From sequence record PZ445511.1: a stretch of 64,000 nucleotides of DNA, one strand, 5' to 3'. This DNA comes from a phage. The notes beneath the pieces are model-generated. The model saw only the letters and a program-made list of their open reading frames with translations. It was not told the DNA's origin and ran no database searches. This document shows, piece by piece, positions 45,305-54,971 of the stretch (position 1 is the first letter of the stretch; every line of letters begins with the position of its first letter). The position numbers and the translations under genes are program-made.

Positions 45305-45768
45305 CAGCACTGCAAAGATTACAAAATTACTGGTTTGATGGCCAATTTAATGATTTATTCATCCAGTTGTTTGTCGAAACGAATGGACGCTTTAACTACC
45401 GCTTCTTTAATACCTTCCATGAAACGAAGTTCTCACATACAGAGATTAATGCGGCGATTCAAGATCTCACCGGTTCTAAGGTAGTTCCTTATCGTGATGT
45501 AGATTTTGCACCTGACTGTTTTGGTTTTGAACTGTTCAAGAAAGCATATAAGTTCGGTAAGTTTGAAAATGCACGACATTGGGTTCATGACTTCTGGTAT
45601 AATACCGATATCGTTCCTAGCCGTGTACTGATCCTCAACTGGATTGCTAAACAACATCCGCCGAAAGCACAATCGGCATTCCTTCCAACTGATACAGGAA
45701 ACCTTTACCATGACACAAAAGAAAAATCCAGTGCTAGAGCAGATGAAGCAGTTGGAGAAGCAGATTGA
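45301..45768 (+). CDS. hypothetical protein
   Basis: 155 aa. Confidence 0.55.
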   Translation: MTALQRLQNYWFDGQFNDLFIQLFVETNGRFNYRFFNTFHETKFSHTEINAAIQDLTGSKVVPYRDVDFAPDCFGFELFKKAYKFGKFENARHWVHDFWYNTDIVPSRVLILNWIAKQHPPKAQSAFLPTDTGNLYHDTKEKSSARADEAVGEAD

Positions 45769-46093
45769 GGAAGGAAGCGTTGATGGGCAGTCAATTGTCA
45801 ATCATGCTTTCGATCTTACAGTAGGATGTGCTAATCCGCTGGTGGCAGGTGAAACAACAGATATTCTTGGGCTTTTAATGGCTGTTGGCCAGTTAATTGA
45901 GATTACCAAAGAAGAGTTAGACAAGGATGAAGAAGTAACTGTTCATGATGTTCTTGGTGCTCTAGATCTGATTGTTAATGCTTATGCCTATAAACGCCGC
46001 CACTCAATTGATGAATATCTAGTTTCTCGAGAGATTACCGAATCTCTTCTGGAAACTGCTGATATGGCCTTAAACGGCAAGCAACTTCACTAA
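45710..46093 (+). CDS. hypothetical protein
   Basis: ATG 45710 in frame within ORF 45644..46093; start uncertain. Confidence 0.4.
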   Translation: MTQKKNPVLEQMKQLEKQIEEGSVDGQSIVNHAFDLTVGCANPLVAGETTDILGLLMAVGQLIEITKEELDKDEEVTVHDVLGALDLIVNAYAYKRRHSIDEYLVSREITESLLETADMALNGKQLH

Positions 46094-46147
46094 TCCTAGA
46101 GGCCAGGACTTAATTGTTCTGGCCTTTCGTGTATACAGGAATATAAC

Positions 46148-46345
46148 ATGAAATCACTAGATAATTACTTAAAGGCTAAATACAGTCCTATAGAAGATCA
46201 ATCTGCTGTAACTTGTGAAATAAGTCGAAATAATACATTACGATTAGCTCAAAAAGGTGGAGGAGCATCCGCCAGCATTATTTGGCTATCCGAAGAACAA
46301 GCAAAAGACTTGTACCATAAGCTAGACAAGTTATTTAATAAGTAA
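46148..46345 (+). CDS. hypothetical protein
   Basis: 65 aa. Confidence 0.45.
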   Translation: MKSLDNYLKAKYSPIEDQSAVTCEISRNNTLRLAQKGGGASASIIWLSEEQAKDLYHKLDKLFNK

Positions 46346-46346
46346 T

Positions 46347-46865
46347 ATGAGAGATAAAATAAACGAATTACTTTATGAGGAAGCACTACAATTCCCCATA
46401 AATAGATTCACTAAATCAGATGGATCTATTAATAGAACTAAACTCAAACAACTTCATCCAGACTTCCAGCAAGATGCACTTAATCTAATCTTTATTAGAA
46501 GATCTGTAGAAGCACATGGCAAGTTCTTTGGGTATGAAAGAGTTAAGTATAGAACTATGCAACAGCAGGTTGAGATCTATTGTCCAGATCATGACGGTTA
46601 CTTCCTGCAAACTGCACGATCTCACTTAGAAGGACATGGTTGCCGATTATGTGCTCATAAAGTTGTGACACGCTTAACAGAATATGGAGTGTACACCGTA
46701 CCAGCACCTTTCCACAAATTTGTAGTTGACGGTGAGCATATAATTTGGTATAATAAAGATCAAAAGTTAAAACAGGAGTTAAAGAAAGATGGAGTACGTA
46801 GTCTGGTCAAACCCATTAGCTCTACTCTCCCACAAACTGTTCAAGACGACGTGGGGAAGGCATGA
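46347..46865 (+). CDS. hypothetical protein
   Basis: 172 aa. Confidence 0.55.
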   Translation: MRDKINELLYEEALQFPINRFTKSDGSINRTKLKQLHPDFQQDALNLIFIRRSVEAHGKFFGYERVKYRTMQQQVEIYCPDHDGYFLQTARSHLEGHGCRLCAHKVVTRLTEYGVYTVPAPFHKFVVDGEHIIWYNKDQKLKQELKKDGVRSLVKPISSTLPQTVQDDVGKA

Positions 46866-47073
46866 AGTCTTTATAGATACAAATCCTTATCCAAATAGCC
46901 CTCCATTAGTTCCTACATTATTTAAGGTAAAAATTGATGGTAAAGAATATTTACTAGATTCTTTTGGGCATGAGTTTGTAATAGAAGCTGTAGAAAATAA
47001 TAGTATCTCTATGCGTGAAGTAATTAATAGAGCAGCCACCTTTGATAAGAGTTGGATGTTAATCTGGGGTTAA
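46789..47073 (+). CDS. hypothetical protein (start uncertain)
   Basis: 94 aa ORF overlapping upstream gene by 77 nt. Confidence 0.3.
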   Translation: MEYVVWSNPLALLSHKLFKTTWGRHEVFIDTNPYPNSPPLVPTLFKVKIDGKEYLLDSFGHEFVIEAVENNSISMREVINRAATFDKSWMLIWG

Positions 47074-47074
47074 T

Positions 47075-47308
47075 ATGGAAATTATAGTAAGTGTCTTAGT
47101 AGTTATGTTATTCATCGTAATACTCGTATCTTTCGCTATTATGCGTAGAGCTAGAGAACTAGCAGCAGATCTAACAAAGTTACGTGGCGAAGTAGCTGGT
47201 TTTAAACTACAACGTGAAGCTCTCAAGTTATTCGTGGCTCAAGGTAGCCTAGAACATAAAGCGGAAGACTTTATCGTATATCTTAAACATTACATGGGAA
47301 TCAAATAA
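47075..47308 (+). CDS. small membrane protein
   Basis: 77 aa. Confidence 0.45.
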   Translation: MEIIVSVLVVMLFIVILVSFAIMRRARELAADLTKLRGEVAGFKLQREALKLFVAQGSLEHKAEDFIVYLKHYMGIK

Positions 47309-47493
47309 TGGAAACATTACTTCTTGTATTACTAGGCGGCTCACTCTTAACCATCCTAGGCTTGATAATTGTGTGCAGTCGCCTCAATACTAAGAATCTA
47401 GAGTTAATCTGTGAGAATGAAATTCTCAATAATGAACTCTTTCAATATAACATCGCAGCTCATAAACTGTTAGACAAACTGGAGAATATATAA
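47308..47493 (+). CDS. small membrane protein
   Basis: 61 aa. Confidence 0.45.
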   Translation: METLLLVLLGGSLLTILGLIIVCSRLNTKNLELICENEILNNELFQYNIAAHKLLDKLENI

Positions 47494-48098
47494 TGTTTAC
47501 ACAACAACCTATTCAAGTAGTACCGGATCATGAACTGAACACATGGGATTATAGCTTTAAAGATTTAACTGCTACTGTACAATTCAAATCTATGAAGCTA
47601 ACATTTGCACACAATGACCTTAGAGCATGTAAAGATCTTGAGGGTAAGCTCGAAGATGCTCGCAAGATTTTTGGTAAGGCTCGCATCCCGGCGGATAATC
47701 TGATTAATGCACTGATCGATGCAGGATACAAACTCGTGAAGACTGAGGTGAACCGCCCGAGTACTACAACTATTCCTCGTAATGACCCTTGGCATATTAC
47801 TGCACTGACTAATTCTGATAAAAGATTAATGTCGGATATGCACAATGTTCCTTGTGGTGGCGTGGTAAGCAATACGCAATCATATAAGTTTGGGGAGGAT
47901 TGCAGTCCTTCTGTACAATTGAAACATACTCAAGAAGCTCTTGAATCTGATATGCGAAGCGTAGCACCAGCGGATACTGGAGTTTCTAGGAACTCATACA
48001 CCATTCATCTGAGTACACCATCTAGTAGAAATGAGAGCTTTGCTGATGCAGTTATGGAAGCTCTTGTTGATCTGACTAATAGTAAGGGTTTTAATTAA
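47493..48098 (+). CDS. hypothetical protein
   Basis: 201 aa. Confidence 0.55.
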   Translation: MFTQQPIQVVPDHELNTWDYSFKDLTATVQFKSMKLTFAHNDLRACKDLEGKLEDARKIFGKARIPADNLINALIDAGYKLVKTEVNRPSTTTIPRNDPWHITALTNSDKRLMSDMHNVPCGGVVSNTQSYKFGEDCSPSVQLKHTQEALESDMRSVAPADTGVSRNSYTIHLSTPSSRNESFADAVMEALVDLTNSKGFN

Positions 48099-48448
48099 TG
48101 GAACTAGTTACTGAATTTACTATAGGCCACTGCAAGGTGGCTTTTCTTAATGAAAAGTCTTTTAATAACGAAGAAACTATTGGGATCTTTGAAATTAAGG
48201 AGGATGAATATGAACGTGTGGAAAGGCTAGCGTATTTATTCTTTGCTGATGGTCATTTAATGAATGATCTCAAAGAGCTAGTATTTAGGCTGCCAAAAGA
48301 TATACCTTTCACAGCTAGAAACATGTCTCATATTGTTGCTCAACTAAATCTAATATGGATTAAATTAGATCCCGCTATAGATAGAGTCATAACATTAAAA
48401 GAAAGACCAGTTAAAAAATTTACAGGTGATCAAGCCTGTGATATCTAG
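48098..48448 (+). CDS. hypothetical protein
   Basis: 116 aa. Confidence 0.5.
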   Translation: MELVTEFTIGHCKVAFLNEKSFNNEETIGIFEIKEDEYERVERLAYLFFADGHLMNDLKELVFRLPKDIPFTARNMSHIVAQLNLIWIKLDPAIDRVITLKERPVKKFTGDQACDI

Positions 48449-48524
48449 TAATAAAGCATGAGCCTCTACGGAGGCTCTAAAATAAAAAGAAGGTCACAAT
48501 GACCTTAAAAACGAGATATAACTA

Positions 48525-49406
48525 ATGTATAACTTTAAAGATAAACTAAGACAAAATGCTGGTAAAGGAAAAGCTAAAGAGAACAATAATATTCCTAGTG
48601 CTAAAATATTATCTTTTCCTGAACTAACACAGGAAGAAAAAGATAAACTAGCATTTATGTTCGATGCACTTATAGGATTAAGTGGACGCCTATATTCCAC
48701 TCTTAGTATTAATGAGAAACGTCTAGTAGAGATGTTCTGCAAACGTTATCAAGTTACTTCAAAAGGTAACTCTTATAAAGAAGGTGAAAAAGCATTCACA
48801 GTCTTAAAAATCAGTGCGTATGCACATCGTTTCTTAGTTTATGGATTACAGATGGAATACTTCACCCTCCCACCATTTAAATCATTCCATATCTTTGAAG
48901 ATGAACGAATGAATATTGATGATCTTTATGGAGATACGTACAAATATTCAGGAAGCCCATTCCATGATGCATTAAGAAGCTACCCTACTAGTTACCTACC
49001 AGTTAGAGCATCACAAGGCAAAGCTAGCATCTTTGCTGTATACTCAGGATCTAAAGCATCTGATCTAGAAACTTATATATTTAAAGAGCGTAAATCTGCA
49101 ATTCCAGATGAAGCATTATATAATAATCCACTTCTTCCAGAAGAACCGGAGAAAATTGATGTAACTCCCCCAATCCCATCCGAATCTCAATATTTAGTCT
49201 ATGAAAAACAAGTTAAGTTGTCTCTAGACATTGGGTTGGTTACACCGCTTGCTGCAGCATTCATAAATAAGTATCTAGAAATTCCTGACGAGTTCCATGC
49301 ACGTTATAACACGAATATTCAGATCACAGATGAACTAGTTGCATTAGCAAAAGATACACCTACTGACACTGAGGCGTATCAAAAAGCATACCAAGAGTTA
49401 CTGTAA
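48525..49406 (+). CDS. hypothetical protein
   Basis: 293 aa; last gene before the repeat region. Confidence 0.6.
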   Translation: MYNFKDKLRQNAGKGKAKENNNIPSAKILSFPELTQEEKDKLAFMFDALIGLSGRLYSTLSINEKRLVEMFCKRYQVTSKGNSYKEGEKAFTVLKISAYAHRFLVYGLQMEYFTLPPFKSFHIFEDERMNIDDLYGDTYKYSGSPFHDALRSYPTSYLPVRASQGKASIFAVYSGSKASDLETYIFKERKSAIPDEALYNNPLLPEEPEKIDVTPPIPSESQYLVYEKQVKLSLDIGLVTPLAAAFINKYLEIPDEFHARYNTNIQITDELVALAKDTPTDTEAYQKAYQELL

Positions 49407-49789
49407 GATCCTGCAAGTCTCGGTGCACAATACCTGTACCGAGACTCAAATACAAACTCTCGTTGACAGATAACTAAATGTATGTTATCATAACTCTATG
49501 AGTTAATAAAATTAACCATTTAGAGTTGCCACACAGAAGGTGTGGTGGTTCAGGAATCTTAAATTACTGACTTGTAGCGTAGGTTACGGAGCGACAGGAC
49601 AAGTCAACAGGTAATTTAATAAAGATTACTAGAAACATCACGAGACCTTCTGGCGGGGGCAAAGCTCTATATGAGAACCCTGGGGGGATCTTATACTTAT
49701 ATAAAAACTAATACTGTTGAATAGATAAATTAACGTTCAAGATGATACACTCGGTTGCCGCTCATCTGCTAGGATGGCACAACACTTTC

Positions 49790-50110
49790 TTCTAGACTCC
49801 TAAGTTTCTAGGAAAACTCTCGTCAACTCAGGCGGTTTTCATTGTTCCTAGAAACTCTAGCAATAGGCGGTTAATACAGGGCGGTTATAGGGAGGGCGGT
49901 TATTTCTAGGAGTCATTTTTTGAAAACACATTTCTGGAGATTGCTATCGGATTTGCACATTATGTTTCTAGAAATTTATGGTCGGATTTGCACAATTGCC
50001 TAAGTTTTTAGGAACATATAATCTCCCGAAAATAGCAGCATTATTTCGGGCCGAAGGCCCATGATTGCCTGAGTTTTTAGAGCCACAGGAATTTTCACTT
50101 GTCAAGCTAT
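49790..50110 (+). repeat. short direct repeats (GGCGGTT x4; CT[AG]AGTTT[CT]TAG[AG] x5)
   Basis: seen directly in gene-free region upstream of the iteron array. Confidence 0.6.
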
Positions 50111-50546
50111 TTTGCCCCATTTTGCTAATAAAATTTCGCTTTATCTCCCCCAATCTCAATTCTAGCCAAAACATCCCGCATTATCCCCAAAAACGCAGCA
50201 AACCGGTGCTAAAGCACCATCACCGCTGCTCCTTCCGTAGTTACTCCCAAAATCTCATCGGATTCGCACTTCTCCCCAAACTCACACAATCACACACCCT
50301 CCAATCGAAGTCACAAAAATCTTGTCGGATTCGCACACCTTAACACTTGTCGGTTTTGCACATATTCTAGTAAATCCAGCTGGATTGCATCGCAGTTGCG
50401 GATTGCTGGAGTTTTTAGGAAAATTCATTGTCGGATTCGCACACTATAAAAATATTTGCCATCGGATTTGCACACTACCAAAAATTGTCGGATTCGCACA
50501 TGCACGCTGGCACGTAATCCGTGGGGGCAAATGTCGGATTTGCACA
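49947..50546 (+). repeat. iteron-like array: 9 direct copies of 13-bp TCGG(A/T)TT(T/C)GCACA
   Basis: copies start at 49947, 49982, 50258, 50325, 50350, 50431, 50462, 50488, 50534; irregular spacing; no ORF. Confidence 0.85.
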
Positions 50547-50569
50547 AAAGCGCAGGGCAATTTGCCCTG

Positions 50570-50720
50570 CCTGCCGAAATGCGAATGATAATGAGAATGA
50601 TTCTCTTTTGGGAAGTTGAATGATAATGATTCGCATTTGAGAAGTTGAATGCGAATGAGAACAGTTATCATTTGACTACCGGAATACGAATGAGTCGCAT
50701 AATGAGAATGATTTGCATTT
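50570..50720. repeat. AT-rich GAATGA(G/T)AATGA repeat block with partial palindromes
   Basis: gcgaatgataatgagaatgattc, gaatgataatgattcgcattt, cgaatgagtcgcataatgagaatgatttgcattt. Confidence 0.7.
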
Positions 50721-50752
50721 AGAAAGCGAAGTGAGAAACACTGTTATTTAAG

Positions 50753-50761
50753 TTATCCACA
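50753..50761 (+). promoter_or_regulatory. DnaA box (TTATCCACA, perfect)
   Basis: exact 9-mer; two TTATCAACA variants at 50815-50834. Confidence 0.6.
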
Positions 50762-50844
50762 GGTTTATTAACAGCACGATCTGACTTGACAAAATCCTAG
50801 TGATTTTGAGGCGTTATCAACAGACTTATCAACAGGTTATTCTA

Positions 50845-50860
50845 CTGTATATTTATACAG
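50845..50860. repeat. 16-bp palindrome CTGTATATTTATACAG (copy 1)
   Basis: identical copy at 54516-54531. Confidence 0.8.
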
Positions 50861-50893
50861 TATTACTGCGTAGTGAATAACTCTAATATAGCC

Positions 50894-50922
50894 CTAAAAC
50901 GCTCTGTAACTCATTCTAAGCG
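50894..50922 (+). repeat. 29-bp direct repeat CTAAAACGCTCTGTAAC..TTCTAAGCG (copy 1)
   Basis: 27/29 identical to 54943-54971. Confidence 0.8.
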
Positions 50923-51232
50923 ATTTAATTTTGGAGGAGGTATTTTAATAAGGGGAAATTTGAGGAAGGCCAGAAAAAGCGGGGCGCAACTATCGGCCCC
51001 GTTATTATTAGTCTGGTAGTCGATGTGTGATCTTTTCGCTTTCGCCGTAGGAGTCTACCAAATGTTGATAGTAACCATCGTTATCATAAATCACTTTATC
51101 ATAACGCCATCGCTCCTAGAATGAGAATGATTATCAATATCATTGTAAAGCCATTACCAAATCGTAAACGCTGGGAATGTTTCCCAGCGGTATTATTAGA
51201 TTTATGGCTTTGTGTTTTTCGCCACCAGCTAT

Positions 51233-51445
51233 TCACGGTTTTAAATTCTCTATAGTTAATTTTGCGCGAATAGTGATTCCATATAATTCGCCTCCCTTGT
51301 TTCTTACATCAGGTAGCCAGTCCCACAATTCAGGGTATCCGCTTAAAATTCCTAGCGATGCAAGATTAGCAATAAAACCGGCTATAGTAACCGCTTCCAG
51401 TGAAATAGTTACACGATTATTAATAACTAAAGTAAACTTTTTCAT
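51233..51445 (-). CDS. hypothetical protein (cassette gene 8)
   Basis: 70 aa; start overlaps upstream stop (ATGA). Confidence 0.4.
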   Translation of the reverse strand: MKKFTLVINNRVTISLEAVTIAGFIANLASLGILSGYPELWDWLPDVRNKGGELYGITIRAKLTIENLKP

Positions 51446-51786
51446 TGCGACACCTTTCGAAACGCTGTTTCGATACTTTCAGCGGTTGATTGAATATACG
51501 CGCCTTTCATAATCAGGCGCTCTGTACACACTTTGCGGAAAATGTCAATAAATTCATTTTCATTTTCCGCTATTAACGCTTCCCCCATAACCTGAACATC
51601 ACAAGACCCAAAAGTTAAAAATTGAAATGCTAGTTCACGGGCGACAACGGCAGAAATTTTATAATGTGCTTTGCCCTCATAGATATTAACCACGCCTTTA
51701 TAAACTGGTGAAAGCTGATTTAAATAGTTTGCTAATAATGCCGGACGGCAATTAGTTACAAATCGGTTGCCCTCGTAAATTACCAT
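51442..51786 (-). CDS. hypothetical protein (cassette gene 7)
   Basis: 114 aa. Confidence 0.5.
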   Translation of the reverse strand: MVIYEGNRFVTNCRPALLANYLNQLSPVYKGVVNIYEGKAHYKISAVVARELAFQFLTFGSCDVQVMGEALIAENENEFIDIFRKVCTERLIMKGAYIQSTAESIETAFRKVSQ

Positions 51787-51913
51787 CTGCCAACCTCCCT
51801 AGCAAATAGCCAAAACAAATCGAATAAACGCCTAACAGTGCAGGATCACTTTTAAAGTAGGTAGCAATAAAGCCACCAGCAGCACCGAGCAAAATAGAAA
51901 ATAAAGTTTTCAT
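51752..51913 (-). CDS. small membrane protein, 53 aa (cassette gene 6)
   Basis: hand-translated MKTLFSILLGAAGGFIATYF...; below ORF-track cutoff. Confidence 0.35.
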   Translation of the reverse strand: MKTLFSILLGAAGGFIATYFKSDPALLGVYSICFGYLLGRLADGNLRGQPICN

Positions 51914-52122
51914 AATACCCCACGAAACGCAGCGTAAAAGGTGGCAAAGTGTTTAACCGTTTCGGCTACCAAATTGCCGCGCTTGTCAAATTTCTTATCT
52001 GTAACACGGAAAGCGTTTTTGTTGCGTGCTACATATTCGATTTTACAATCTGGACGCTCGAACGTGTTAACATCCACCAGCTTAAAACCTTTGGAACGGG
52101 CAAGGGAAACATTCTTTAACAT
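51910..52122 (-). CDS. hypothetical basic protein (cassette gene 5)
   Basis: 70 aa. Confidence 0.45.
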   Translation of the reverse strand: MLKNVSLARSKGFKLVDVNTFERPDCKIEYVARNKNAFRVTDKKFDKRGNLVAETVKHFATFYAAFRGVL

Positions 52123-52124
52123 TT

Positions 52125-52274
52125 TTATTCCCCTTTACCAGTCATACAGCCTAACAAGTAAGAAAACCCCGCGATACCTGCTCCGATAATAACCACGTGA
52201 ACGCCGAAAGCTATTACAAACAGCGATAAAATAGCGCCCAAGATACTAGCCAGAATAGATCGAAAAATAACCAT
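52125..52274 (-). CDS. small membrane protein, 49 aa (cassette gene 4)
   Basis: hand-translated MVIFRSILASILGAILSLFVIAFGVHVVIIGAGIAGF...; TAGGAGG RBS. Confidence 0.4.
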   Translation of the reverse strand: MVIFRSILASILGAILSLFVIAFGVHVVIIGAGIAGFSYLLGCMTGKGE

Positions 52275-52381
52275 TTTAACGCCTCCTAGAAATTAGGGAA
52301 AATTTTCAGTCCACCGTTTCGGTGTAAAGGCATTATAACAAAAAAGGCCGCCGATTAGGGCGACCTTTACAAAACTTTACA

Positions 52382-52876
52382 TTAGACTATTTCTAATGCT
52401 TCCACACCGAAACAGCGTTTTAGTTCTTTCTGTAAAACGGCATATTCATCCCAACGGGAATTATCAGGAATATAAACAAGCTGTTTTAATCGATTTGCAT
52501 ATAATAACGCCTTGTTACCAATTATTTCCGCGCCACCGTGTTTAATAATTAATTTCATAACGGTATTAATAGGATCGCCGCCATTTACATAAATACCGGA
52601 TTTACTCAATTGATAATGATAAATACTCGCATAAACATTATCATTTTCAATCCATTCCCCTGTTTCTTCATCTTCTTCCCCATCACTACCGAAACGAGAA
52701 GCATTATCATATGCGTGTTCGTTTGCGAAAGCGTCCAGATCACAGCCAGCGGGAACAAAATGTTCCTCCGTCCAGCCTTCCCCACAATAGCCAGTGTGAC
52801 AATCAACTAAAACGATCATATCGTGTTTAGCTTCATTCACACTTTCTAGAGAAAAGCCATATTTTTCTTCTGACAT
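52382..52876 (-). CDS. hypothetical acidic protein (cassette gene 3)
   Basis: 164 aa, Asp/Glu-rich central segment. Confidence 0.55.
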   Translation of the reverse strand: MSEEKYGFSLESVNEAKHDMIVLVDCHTGYCGEGWTEEHFVPAGCDLDAFANEHAYDNASRFGSDGEEDEETGEWIENDNVYASIYHYQLSKSGIYVNGGDPINTVMKLIIKHGGAEIIGNKALLYANRLKQLVYIPDNSRWDEYAVLQKELKRCFGVEALEIV

Positions 52877-52889
52877 AACTAGACTCCTA

Positions 52890-53198
52890 TTAATTAGCAG
52901 GGAAATAAAGAGAATTTGCTACACTGTAAAATACTTTATTTAAGAAAATTACGTCATCACGGACTATTTCATCCATTCCATAATCCAGCAAAGTTTCGTC
53001 TACAAAAATACATAGCCAGCCATAACCACGATCAAAGAAAGCATGATAATTATTAGCGCTTTCTACATGTTCCCATAAAAAGGGACGGCCTTGTTTTTCC
53101 CATATAGGAATATTGCTTTGATCGTCCGAATAATTAACATGGGGGCTATTCGGCATTTTTTCGGCTAATTGCGTCAACATGATTTGATTCAGTTGCAT
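52890..53198 (-). CDS. hypothetical protein (cassette gene 2)
   Basis: 102 aa. Confidence 0.5.
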   Translation of the reverse strand: MQLNQIMLTQLAEKMPNSPHVNYSDDQSNIPIWEKQGRPFLWEHVESANNYHAFFDRGYGWLCIFVDETLLDYGMDEIVRDDVIFLNKVFYSVANSLYFPAN

Positions 53199-53264
53199 AA
53201 TAAGTAGTCTCCTAACAATTAACAGGGAAATAGTAAAGCGGGAAATAATCCCCGCTAGTAATTA

Positions 53265-54266
53265 TTACTCTGTTTCGGCGCTTTGGGTAAAGGTAGAAAT
53301 GTCAATGCCTTTTACCATTTCATCGATCATTTCAGCAATATTGAAACTCTGTACCATTTCCAGCATTGCCGCTTCCATTGCCGCGCCTGCTACCGCTTTC
53401 GCTTTCTGATTAGTCGGGGCGTACTGGTCAACCGCTACGCTTAACAGGTTAGCGATCACTACGCGACCAATCGGAGTATCAATATAACCTTTAATCATAA
53501 ACGGCGCTTTTTTCGCCGCTACTTTTGTGATTTGAGTCAGTGCAATTTTACCCGCTTCCAGTTTTGCAGCATTTACAACAGCGGATTTATTAGCAGCAAC
53601 GATAGAAGATACTTTAGTCATGATATTTCCTTTATTTTCAGTAGTTTGCGCATTTGCGCTTGAAGTTTGAGAGTTTACAGCCTGTTTTGTTACGTTGTCA
53701 ACTGGTTTTAGTGTAAATCCAGCATTTGCAACGTTTGATTCATTCCCATAACATAAATAATCGTCAGGGATCAACATGTTACCGCTAGCGCGTTCAAAAC
53801 ATAATACGCCAGTTGTTTCGATTGCGTCACTATCCGCACCTTTATAGCTTGACGATAATTCCCGCCAGATACTATTTAATAACGATCCGACACTATCCAG
53901 TCTGATATTATTTATTTTTGTTGCTGTTACCTGCTCTTTTTCTTGCACGTTATATAATCGCGCAATGTAACCACTATGAGACTCACTATAACCAACAATG
54001 ATAAAATCAATATCAGTTCCCCGACTATTACGGAAAATGTGATAATCACGGTTGAAAATTACTAGCGCCCTTGTCTGGTCTAGTAATAGCGTGAAATCAT
54101 CGACTGAATAATGAGTATCATTATTATCTAAAATTTCATCGTGAATCTTTTCAACCATTGCCGCCGTATGTTGTACGCTTGCCGCACTACTACCATCTAG
54201 CAGGTTGCGCAAACTACCCTTAATAATAGTGGCGTTTGCTGGTACTGCAATTCTTACAGTAGACAT
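53265..54266 (-). CDS. hypothetical protein (cassette gene 1)
   Basis: 333 aa; Ala/Lys-rich C-terminal third; no recognisable motif. Confidence 0.6.
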   Translation of the reverse strand: MSTVRIAVPANATIIKGSLRNLLDGSSAASVQHTAAMVEKIHDEILDNNDTHYSVDDFTLLLDQTRALVIFNRDYHIFRNSRGTDIDFIIVGYSESHSGYIARLYNVQEKEQVTATKINNIRLDSVGSLLNSIWRELSSSYKGADSDAIETTGVLCFERASGNMLIPDDYLCYGNESNVANAGFTLKPVDNVTKQAVNSQTSSANAQTTENKGNIMTKVSSIVAANKSAVVNAAKLEAGKIALTQITKVAAKKAPFMIKGYIDTPIGRVVIANLLSVAVDQYAPTNQKAKAVAGAAMEAAMLEMVQSFNIAEMIDEMVKGIDISTFTQSAETE

Positions 54267-54454
54267 TTCTTTGTCTCCCTCGTTAATCAGTGAGTGAATG
54301 ATATAGATAATTGTTCGCTAGGGGCAAGAAAAAAGAAAAGGTTTTTTATTCCTTGCCTACTGCCCGTTTTTATGATAATCGCGCGTTTTCTATTTCTAGC
54401 TCTCTGTAAGCGTACACAAGGCTTTATTATAATAAGGGTCACACTGAGAAAACC

Positions 54455-54474
54455 GTCTAGAATCGATTCTAGAC
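54455..54474. promoter_or_regulatory. 20-bp perfect palindrome GTCTAGAATCGATTCTAGAC (operator-like)
   Basis: exact inverted repeat in divergent control region. Confidence 0.7.
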
Positions 54475-54515
54475 GCCTTAAAATCGACATCCTTATAATA
54501 TGCTACCAGTTTACC

Positions 54516-54531
54516 CTGTATATTTATACAG
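54516..54531. repeat. 16-bp palindrome CTGTATATTTATACAG (copy 2)
   Basis: identical to 50845-50860. Confidence 0.8.
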
Positions 54532-54553
54532 TAGGATAACCTGTATATAAGTC

Positions 54554-54611
54554 TGTGGATAAGTCCTCATATAGTCGCCTATTACGTCAAGTTATTTTGT
54601 GCTGTGGATAA
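54554..54611 (-). promoter_or_regulatory. two perfect DnaA boxes (TGTGGATAA at 54554-54562 and 54603-54611)
   Basis: exact reverse-complement 9-mers 41 bp apart; third 8/9 box at 54888-54896. Confidence 0.6.
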
Positions 54612-54942
54612 CTTTGGGGATAAGTTAAATGATAGTGGTTCTCACTTAGCCCGATAGTTTCTCATAGTTATTATTTCCCATTAATTTATGTGTATATTAT
54701 ATATTATGAAATAGTTAGTTGGCTAATAGGATTTTCCGTGATTAATAGTCTGCTAATGATAACGCATGTTTCAATCCACCAGCGTGATTATCATCCTAGC
54801 AACTATTAGAGTGCTAATGACCTGATACACGTCCAGACTTATTTGTCAATGAAAAATAACAGCAGAAAATACTTTTTTGAAAAATCAAGTGGATAACTCA
54901 TTAAATTTCATTTTTGCTTTTTGTATAAGTTATTAACAGGGT

Positions 54943-54971
54943 CTAAAACGCTCTGTAACGCGTTCTAAGCG
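54943..54971 (+). repeat. 29-bp direct repeat (copy 2)
   Basis: 27/29 identical to 50894-50922. Confidence 0.8.

Noticed and set aside
49947-50546. Iteron array as a possible CRISPR array
   Set aside because: Repeat unit is only 13 bp, spacing is irregular (25 to 276 bp), the repeats vary at two positions, and there are no cas genes or leader; it fits iterons or protein-binding repeats instead.
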